This document shows, in pieces, positions 18,312 to 25,854 of a DNA stretch of 63,831 nt. Positions within the stretch are counted from its first letter, which is position 1. Each line of letters begins with the position of its first letter. The translations under genes were made by a program, and so were the position numbers. Source of the stretch: Puia sp. (GTDB lineage: Bacteria; Bacteroidota; Bacteroidia; Chitinophagales; Chitinophagaceae). The stretch spans positions 1-63,831 of the forward strand of contig DASZYU010000210.1 in the NCBI GenBank assembly GCA_035545215.1, given 5' to 3'. Below the pieces are notes generated by a model. It was not told the origin of the DNA. It saw nothing but the letters and a program-made list of their open reading frames with translations, and made no database searches.

Positions 18312-19553
18312 CTAGCGGATGCTTTTGACCTGGAGGACCATCTGTTCCAGCGCATTCCCGCGCTTGACGATGACCTTGACCTTTTCTCCGGTGCTTTGAA
18401 GCAGATTTTTGTAGGTCTGTATATTGTTGCTGAAATTGTTGCCTACGGCAATGATGACATCATCCTCCTTCAGGCCCGCTTTTTCAGCCGGAGAGCCTTT
18501 CATGACGTCCCCCACCCGGATCTCCCCGTCCACCCAATAGATACCCAAACCGGTATACGAATAGTCGAAGGGGTCGCGGTAATGCGAGTTCGGCATCAGG
18601 TAGATGATCCGCCGGTCGTAGTTGAAGATGACGTTGAACCGTCTCAGGATATCGTTCCCCATCAGACCGCCCAGGTTCGGGTAGCTGGTTACATTGTATT
18701 GATCGTCAAAGATATATATTGGAACATGTCGAAACCGGTAAGGCCCCACCCGCACCTCTTTCAGCGTGGTCATCCGCATGACGGCCTTGCCGCCCAGCCC
18801 CTGCGCCTGGGTATAATACGATTTGCGGCTGGCGTCCAGGAGATTACTGTCTGTCACGAAATCCGAAGAAAGCAGCGTGCACAATCCCGCGCCGGTATCG
18901 AAATAAAATCTGCTGAACACCTTCCTGGCATCCATCACCCCCGCGCTGATGATCGGCAGGCTGGCGATCACCGGTCGCAGCATATAGCCTCCCCTCGGAT
19001 ACCGGAACGAGCCGCGTGAATACACATAGACGCGCAGCGAATCGTAGTCGACGTCTACGATATAGCGGGAAAAAAAGCTGTACCCGATGATCCCATCGAT
19101 CTTGGCTCCGTACACCTGGGTGAGGATGTCGTAGTCGCTGACATGGAAGTTCAGGCTATCGACCGATAGGTCGGGAAGGTGCAGTGTTCGGTTATACAGG
19201 AACCGCACCTGGCGGATCCCCGCTATCCCCAAAATAGTCTTGTCCGAGGGCTGCGGCTGTAATTTCATTTGCTCGCAGGTGCCCGAATCCAGCGAGATGC
19301 CGCCGCTGCCCGTGTCGAGGATGAAATTGAGGCTATCGGGAAAATTATCCAGCCGGGCTTTGACCAGGATGACCCCGCCCGTAAACACCGTGAACGGGAA
19401 GCTGGTGATCAGTTTTGCAGCCGGCTGAACGAAGGTTTCCTGTGCGGACAACGTTTGATTCACCAGGATAAGTGCCATCAGCAATACCAGGATGGGCCGG
19501 CTCCGGCGACAAAAGACCCTTCGGCGCACGGATTGGCGTTTTTGGTTAAGCAT
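18312..19553 (-). CDS. Secreted double-domain retropepsin-like aspartyl protease with C-terminal PDZ
   Basis: FILDTGSG..GIIGY and FDTGAG..GLMGND; PDZ TGLGI..GSPAEKAGLKEDD. Start uncertain. Confidence 0.88.
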   Translation of the reverse strand: MLNQKRQSVRRRVFCRRSRPILVLLMALILVNQTLSAQETFVQPAAKLITSFPFTVFTGGVILVKARLDNFPDSLNFILDTGSGGISLDSGTCEQMKLQPQPSDKTILGIAGIRQVRFLYNRTLHLPDLSVDSLNFHVSDYDILTQVYGAKIDGIIGYSFFSRYIVDVDYDSLRVYVYSRGSFRYPRGGYMLRPVIASLPIISAGVMDARKVFSRFYFDTGAGLCTLLSSDFVTDSNLLDASRKSYYTQAQGLGGKAVMRMTTLKEVRVGPYRFRHVPIYIFDDQYNVTSYPNLGGLMGNDILRRFNVIFNYDRRIIYLMPNSHYRDPFDYSYTGLGIYWVDGEIRVGDVMKGSPAEKAGLKEDDVIIAVGNNFSNNIQTYKNLLQSTGEKVKVIVKRGNALEQMVLQVKSIR

Positions 19554-19657
19554 TGTCTGGCTTTGGTCCTTAAATATATCCCTTATTTTGCTTGCATCAA
19601 AGTACATTTGTGGTTGAAAGGCGTGCCATCTCCACCGCCGGCCAATAAACGTTCGTT

Positions 19658-20782
19658 ATGGATCTAGCAGCATTGTACGATAAAGCGCTTCGCAAAGAGT
19701 TCCTCGACATCGAAGAAGGAATTACGCTTTTCCGCGAGGCGCCGATGACCGAATTGATGGCGGTGGCCGACCGGTTGCGCAGATCGGCAGTTCCGCATGG
19801 AAAGGTGACGTGGCAGATCGACAGGAACGTCAATACCACCAATGTCTGCATCGCCAACTGCAAGTTCTGCAATTTTTACCGGGTGCCGGGTCACGCCGAC
19901 GCCTATATCACGGACATCGACACCTACAAAAAAAAGATCGAAGAGACCTTCCGCTGGGGCGGCGACCAGCTCCTCCTGCAGGGCGGCCACCATCCTGAGC
20001 TGGGGCTGAACTTCTATACGAGCTTGTTCAGACAACTCAAGGAGTTGTACCCGTCGCTGAAATTGCACACGCTCGGACCGCCCGAGGTAGCGCACATCTG
20101 CCGGCAGGAAAAAATGACCCCCCGCGATGTGTTGGCCGCGCTTCGCGAGGCCGGCATGGACTCCTTGCCCGGCGCCGGGGCCGAGATCCTCGTGGACCGC
20201 GTACGCCGGCTGATCAGCAAGGGAAAATGCGGCGCGCAGGAGTGGCTGGACATCATGCACGAAGCCCACAAACAATTTATCACCACGTCGGCCACGATGA
20301 TGTTCGGTCATGTGGAGACGTTGCACGAAAGGATGGAACACCTGGTCAGGATCCGCGAGGTCCAATCCCGCAAGCCGGAAGACGCAAAGGGTTTCCTGGC
20401 CTTTATTCCCTGGACCTTCCAGGACGTCGATACGTTGCTGACACGGATCAGGGGCGTTCACAACCTGACCACACCGGAGGAGTATATACGCATGATCGCC
20501 ATCAGCCGCATCATGCTGCCGAATATAAAGAACATACAGGCCTCCTGGCTGACCGTAGGCAAACAGACCGCGCAATTATGCCTGCATGCCGGCGCCAATG
20601 ACTTCGGCAGCATCATGCTGGAAGAAAATGTCGTCAGCGCGGCCGGCGCTCCGCATCGTTTCACGGCAAAGGGTATCCAGGCAGCCATCCGCGAAGCGGG
20701 ATTCGAACCGCAGCTGCGCAATCAGCAGTACGAATGGCGTTCGCTCCCCGCCGTTATGGAAGAACAGGTTATAAACTATTAA
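19658..20782 (+). CDS. mqnC: Cyclic dehypoxanthine futalosine synthase (CofH/MqnC radical SAM)
   Basis: DRNVNTTNVCIANCKFC, LLQGGHHP, PGAGAEIL, FIPWTFQ, NIQASW, GANDFGS.MLEENVV. Confidence 0.88.
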   Translation: MDLAALYDKALRKEFLDIEEGITLFREAPMTELMAVADRLRRSAVPHGKVTWQIDRNVNTTNVCIANCKFCNFYRVPGHADAYITDIDTYKKKIEETFRWGGDQLLLQGGHHPELGLNFYTSLFRQLKELYPSLKLHTLGPPEVAHICRQEKMTPRDVLAALREAGMDSLPGAGAEILVDRVRRLISKGKCGAQEWLDIMHEAHKQFITTSATMMFGHVETLHERMEHLVRIREVQSRKPEDAKGFLAFIPWTFQDVDTLLTRIRGVHNLTTPEEYIRMIAISRIMLPNIKNIQASWLTVGKQTAQLCLHAGANDFGSIMLEENVVSAAGAPHRFTAKGIQAAIREAGFEPQLRNQQYEWRSLPAVMEEQVINY

Positions 20783-20894
20783 TAGCCAGCATCTAAGTAT
20801 TTACCCCGATTTTTTTGTAGTTCCGGAAACTTAATCGGACGATTTTTCGTTCCTATTAAAGTGACCCTTTGCATTATTGCATTACTCATTATTC

Positions 20895-23800
20895 ATGAAA
20901 AGCCCGTTTCGCAAACTAGTCCGAATTTCGGTAGTCTTATTGGTATTGGTGCTTCTTTTCAATTTCTTCGGATATTATATTAATCGTATAAGGTCCCTGG
21001 AAAACAAGGAATTAATCGTCGCCATCAACCGGTCGGGCCACCTGCAGACCCTTAGTCAGCGCATTGCGAAGGAGTCCATCCTGTTATTGAACAGCGCCGA
21101 TCAGCGGGCGGCAGCCGCGGTCAGGGACAGTCTCGGCCGGCTGGTACCCATTTTCCGCGAAAGCCAGGCGGCGCTCCAGCAACAGGCCAGCGCCACGCCT
21201 TCCCCGGTCCCCCAGCAGATCTTCCAGATAAAACTATTGCTTTCGACCTCGCAGCCTTTTTTCGAGGCCATTACCGCCATCAGCCAGGAACTCGCCCAAT
21301 CGGATTCGATGTTGCTGGCGATGAACAGGAAGCTTTATTTGCGCAACCTGCTGTACAACGAAGAACGGTACAGCTCGCTGATGGCGGAGATCAATCAGCA
21401 CTATTCGGCGCTGGTCGCGGAAACGAACGGTGAGGTCGCCACCATCGACACCGGCAAGTTGATCTCGCTGGTCATTGCGATCGTCGGCCTCATCATCCTC
21501 GTGCTCGAGCCGGCCTTCAAGAAAGGGGAGAAGAACTACAAAGAGCTCCAGAAAGCAAGGAACGAGCTGTTGCATGAAAGCAAATTCCTGGCATCCATCC
21601 TCCGGTCCCAAACCAACTATGTGATCCGGATCAACCGGAGCGGGCATTTCACCTACGCCAATCCGGCCTTCCTGAAAACTTTCGGCTATACCGAAGAGGA
21701 GATCCAGCACATCCTTTTCTATACGACCATCTTCCCAAAAGACATGACCCGCTGTCAGCAGGTGGCCAACGAGTGCTGGAACAACCCGGGGAAGGTCTCC
21801 CGGTTGCTCATCCGCAAACCCATCGGCCGCAGCCGGGAATTCATCTGGACGGAATGGGAGTTCCTCGCGCTTTCCGACGACACCGGGCAGGTCAACGAGA
21901 TACAGGGCATCGGTCTGAATGTGTCCGAAAAACTGCAGATGGAAAAGGGAAAAGAGGAGGCGATCCGGACGCTGTCCTATGCCATGACCTATGCCAAGAT
22001 GGGGTCCTGGAAACTGGATTTCATGAGCAGCGAGCTATGGCTCAGCAAGGAGTTCAAGGCCCTGCTGGCCATGGACGAGGAAGACTCCGACAAGATCCCC
22101 ATGGACAATTTCCTCCACTTGTATGTCGTCCCGGAAGATTTCAACCTGGTCGCCGAAGAATTTGCCAAAGCCATTCAGCACAAGGAGAACACCGGTTATG
22201 AAACCTCCTTCTCCTGCCGGATCATTACGAAGCAGGGGTGGATGCGCTATCTCTCGGTAAAAGGCAAGGTCGTGGACGAACAGATGGAGTTCGGGATCGC
22301 GCAGGATATCACGTTCCAGAAAGAAGCCGAAAATGCCCTGCTGAACAGCGAGCAAAAATTCCGGCTGCTTGCCGAGAACTCGGAAGACATCATCAGCGTC
22401 CATGCCATCGACGGTACGATCTGGTATCTCTCGCCATCCGTCACCACGGTCCTCGGCTACGAGGTCGACGACATCATCGGCAGATCGTTCGAACAATATG
22501 TCCACCCGGAGGACCGGTGCAAATTCCTGCCGGCCGACCAGGTCCCTGCCTTCTCGGATAAGGGTCACGCCGTCGAGAACAGCATCATCGTCCGCTATCG
22601 CATCCTCCGCAAGGATGGCACGTATATCTGGCTGGAAAGCATCATCAAGCCGATCGTCGACGAGGCCGAGCTCGTCAAACTCATCTGTACGTCCCGCAAC
22701 ATCACGGACCAGATGATCGCCCAGGAAAAGCTGAAAAAGAAAGACCATCTCCTGCACGCGGTGGCCCAGGCAACGCATTCACTGCTGATCAACACCGATC
22801 TCAACCAGGCCATCGACGAATCGATCCAGGTACTGGGCAGCACAGCCATGGTTAGCCGCGTCTACCTGTTCCAGAACCAGTTCGATACGAAGACCGGCGT
22901 CTGGTCGACCACCGAAACGCACGAATGGACCGAACGGCCCGCCGATCTCCGGCTGCATCAGCCGCAGGTCCGCGACGTACCTTTCACGAGGATCATGAAG
23001 ATCGTCGAACCCCTGATGGAACGGCTCCCGTTCGTCAGCTACAAGAGCACCGAAGACGACCCGCAACTGCAGGCCATCCTCCACAGGACGGGTGTTTTGT
23101 CGAGCGTGGCGCTGCCCATCTACCTGAAGAACGGCATGTTCTGGGGCTTTGTCGGGTTCGACGAGATGAAGGAAGAGAGGGAATGGTACGAGGCCGAATT
23201 CGCCATCCTCCGGTCCTATGCGTCTTCGCTTGGCGCGGCTATCGAACGCAAGCGGATAGAGCTCGAGTTGGTGCAGGCCAAAGAGATCGCCGAATCCGCC
23301 AGCCATGCGAAGAGCGAATTCATGGCCAATATGAGCCACGAGCTGCGGACGCCCATGAACGGTATCATCGGCTTCACCGACCTGGTGCTGACGACTGAGC
23401 TGCAGAAGGCGCAGCGCGACTATCTCCAGAATGTCAAAAAATCCGCTTATGGCCTCCTCGAGATCATCAACGATATCCTCGACTTCTCGAAGATCGAGGC
23501 GGGCAAGCTGTTGATCGATCATGTCGGCTTCAAACTGGACGAGCTCATCGAGGAAACCATCGACATGCTCACGCTGAAGGCCTTCGAGAAGAAGCTCGAG
23601 ATGCTTTACCGCGTCGACCCGACCATCCCTTCTCAGTTCCTCGGCGACCCGGTGCGCATCCGTCAGATCGTTGTCAATCTGCTGGGGAATGCCATCAAGT
23701 TCACCTCGGAAGGAGAGATCTTCGTCTCCATCAAAAAGAACAGCGATGTCTATGAGTCATCTGGAAAATCGTTTATCCGGCTGGCCATCGAGGTGAAGGA

Positions 23801-24866
23801 CACGGGCATCGGCATCCGGCAGGAGAAACAACAAAAGATATTCGAAAGCTTCACACAGGCGGATACGTCCACTACGCGCAAATACGGCGGCACGGGGCTC
23901 GGTCTGACGATCTCCCGCAGCCTGGCCGAGCTGATGGGGGGGACCCTCACTGTGCAAAGCGAGCCGGGGAAGGGCAGCATTTTTACGCTGCACCTCGTGC
24001 TGGAGATCGCCAATCAGCAACCGGAAGTGATGCTGCCGCAGAAGGCGCTGTTGAACAAAGTGCTCATCGTCGACGACAATCAAAGCAATCTCCATCTCAT
24101 GCGCGAGATCTTCGGTTATTTCCATATCGAAGCGGAACTCGCCTCTGGCGCCGAAGAGGCCATCGCCAAAATGAAGACCGCGCGTCAGCAGAACGATCCC
24201 TTCAATCTCGTGCTCACCGATCACCTGATGCCCGGCGTCGACGGGATCGCGATGGTAAAGGAAATGAAACGGTTGTTCCCGGGCAGTAATATGCCCTACA
24301 TCCTCATGCTCTCCTCTTTGGAAAAGAACATCTATCAGCATGAGGCGGCCAGGGCGGGCATCAATAAGTTCCTTTCCAAGCCTGTGAAGATGCACGAGCT
24401 GTATGGAGCCCTGCTCTCACTGTTCGAAATGAATCTCCAGCAGGACGGACAGCATTTCCCGATGCCAGGCAACAGTATCGAAAAGATCACCGAGCCGACC
24501 AGCATCATGGTGGCCGACGACGATCCCATCAACATGTTGCTCATCTCCGAGGTGCTGCGGCGGATGGGCTTCGAAGTCATCCAGGTCAGCAACGGCGTAG
24601 AAGCGCTCGAACGCCTGCCGCATTGCGATCCGGTCCTGATCTTCATGGACGTAAACATGCCCGAAATGGACGGCTACAGCACGACGCGCGAGATCCGGAA
24701 AATGCCCGAACCCTGGTGCAACCTGCCGATCATCGCCCTGACGGCGGATGCCATGAAAGGCGACCGCGAAAAATGTCTGGAAGCCGGCATGAACAAATAC
24801 ATTTCCAAACCGTTCCGGCTCGAAGAGATCGATGAGGTACTTCGGAGCTACCTGCTGGTGGTGTAA
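20895..24866 (+). CDS. Hybrid sensor histidine kinase (NarX/PilJ-like periplasmic domain, PAS domains, GAF, HisKA, HATPase, two REC)
   Basis: H-box FMANMSHELRTPMNG; NAIKFT, DTGIG, GGTGLGL; REC motifs TDHLMP and MDVNMP. Confidence 0.93.
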   Translation: MKSPFRKLVRISVVLLVLVLLFNFFGYYINRIRSLENKELIVAINRSGHLQTLSQRIAKESILLLNSADQRAAAAVRDSLGRLVPIFRESQAALQQQASATPSPVPQQIFQIKLLLSTSQPFFEAITAISQELAQSDSMLLAMNRKLYLRNLLYNEERYSSLMAEINQHYSALVAETNGEVATIDTGKLISLVIAIVGLIILVLEPAFKKGEKNYKELQKARNELLHESKFLASILRSQTNYVIRINRSGHFTYANPAFLKTFGYTEEEIQHILFYTTIFPKDMTRCQQVANECWNNPGKVSRLLIRKPIGRSREFIWTEWEFLALSDDTGQVNEIQGIGLNVSEKLQMEKGKEEAIRTLSYAMTYAKMGSWKLDFMSSELWLSKEFKALLAMDEEDSDKIPMDNFLHLYVVPEDFNLVAEEFAKAIQHKENTGYETSFSCRIITKQGWMRYLSVKGKVVDEQMEFGIAQDITFQKEAENALLNSEQKFRLLAENSEDIISVHAIDGTIWYLSPSVTTVLGYEVDDIIGRSFEQYVHPEDRCKFLPADQVPAFSDKGHAVENSIIVRYRILRKDGTYIWLESIIKPIVDEAELVKLICTSRNITDQMIAQEKLKKKDHLLHAVAQATHSLLINTDLNQAIDESIQVLGSTAMVSRVYLFQNQFDTKTGVWSTTETHEWTERPADLRLHQPQVRDVPFTRIMKIVEPLMERLPFVSYKSTEDDPQLQAILHRTGVLSSVALPIYLKNGMFWGFVGFDEMKEEREWYEAEFAILRSYASSLGAAIERKRIELELVQAKEIAESASHAKSEFMANMSHELRTPMNGIIGFTDLVLTTELQKAQRDYLQNVKKSAYGLLEIINDILDFSKIEAGKLLIDHVGFKLDELIEETIDMLTLKAFEKKLEMLYRVDPTIPSQFLGDPVRIRQIVVNLLGNAIKFTSEGEIFVSIKKNSDVYESSGKSFIRLAIEVKDTGIGIRQEKQQKIFESFTQADTSTTRKYGGTGLGLTISRSLAELMGGTLTVQSEPGKGSIFTLHLVLEIANQQPEVMLPQKALLNKVLIVDDNQSNLHLMREIFGYFHIEAELASGAEEAIAKMKTARQQNDPFNLVLTDHLMPGVDGIAMVKEMKRLFPGSNMPYILMLSSLEKNIYQHEAARAGINKFLSKPVKMHELYGALLSLFEMNLQQDGQHFPMPGNSIEKITEPTSIMVADDDPINMLLISEVLRRMGFEVIQVSNGVEALERLPHCDPVLIFMDVNMPEMDGYSTTREIRKMPEPWCNLPIIALTADAMKGDREKCLEAGMNKYISKPFRLEEIDEVLRSYLLVV

Positions 24867-25405
24867 ATGCGCAGGTCATTATCGGTAACACGGATGCGGA
24901 GCACCCAGTCTTTATCTTCCTGGTCCAGCGTCAATTCCACGCGTACGCGCTTCATCTGCCCGACGGCCGGCAACAGCGAGAACGATACCTGCGTATATTT
25001 CCTGTCCTCCGCGGGGGTCTCGTATTCGCCGCTCAGGATAAACGTCTTTTGTCCGTCCGTGGAGATGATGCTGTTGCTCAGCTGCGCATAGATCTCCGAA
25101 TACCGCGCCCTGGCGGCCTTGAAGTCCGTGGTTTCGACAATGGTACAGCTCCAGTCCGAACCCTCCGGACCGGCGCTGCCGACGGTCACCGTGCTGGACG
25201 CGGAGCCGGGCAGCTGGATCGTGGACCGGTACCGGACGGATTGTACCGCCTGGCCGATCCGTTCGCCCCTGAGATGATAAAAATGATTGGGATAATCCTG
25301 GATGACCTTCTCCAGTATCACCTGGGTCTTATTGGAAAAGACCCCCTGCGCGGAAAGGGAAGCTGAGAGAACGACCGGCGCCATAACGAGTATTGCGCGT
25401 CTCAT
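24848..25405 (-). CDS. Hypothetical secreted protein
   Basis: Signal peptide ending SLSA|Q; 3' end overlaps the kinase by 19 bp. Confidence 0.75.
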   Translation of the reverse strand: MRRAILVMAPVVLSASLSAQGVFSNKTQVILEKVIQDYPNHFYHLRGERIGQAVQSVRYRSTIQLPGSASSTVTVGSAGPEGSDWSCTIVETTDFKAARARYSEIYAQLSNSIISTDGQKTFILSGEYETPAEDRKYTQVSFSLLPAVGQMKRVRVELTLDQEDKDWVLRIRVTDNDLRIYTTSR

Positions 25406-25557
25406 AAGAAAGGATTTCCAGAAAGATACAACGCTTTCGATGGCCGCGCAATAGAAAAACTACGTCCGGGTTTTAACATCTCTTTCACAATAAACCGGCA
25501 GTCCGGACGTTATGCCCTAAATCCTTTAAAATCCATCTGAAACCAAACTCCTGAACG

Positions 25558-25725
25558 ATGAAGAACGAACAGTTGCAGCACGAAGTTCGCAAGGCCCGCA
25601 TCTACAAGGGCATTTATCGTCCCTCTTCCAATCCGGCGCGTCTCTTGTCCACGCTGGTCTCTATCATCCTCCACGGGCATTCGCAGGTAGGCGGGTCCGG
25701 TTTTGGCCGGGAACGCCGCAGCTGA
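25558..25725 (+). CDS. Candidate small protein, 55 aa (not in the ORF track)
   Basis: MKNEQLQHEVRKARIYKGIYRPSSNPARLLSTLVSIILHGHSQVGGSGFGRERRS, preceded by an A-rich leader (AAACCAAACTCCTGAACG). Confidence 0.45.
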   Translation: MKNEQLQHEVRKARIYKGIYRPSSNPARLLSTLVSIILHGHSQVGGSGFGRERRS

Positions 25726-25854
25726 GGCTAACACGACCGGCCCCGAGACCGGGATGTCATCGCTCCGTCGCCGGATCGCATGCGGGGACCAAATGCATTG
25801 CCGCCGCTGCCGGGCGCTTTCGAGTTACGCGGATATCGGGCACACTTCCGCCGA

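Noticed and set aside
15659-20782. RiPP cluster (radical SAM plus M16 pair, PqqE/F/G-like)
   Set aside because: The radical SAM is MqnC-type with no SPASM cysteines, is divergently transcribed, and has no adjacent precursor peptide.
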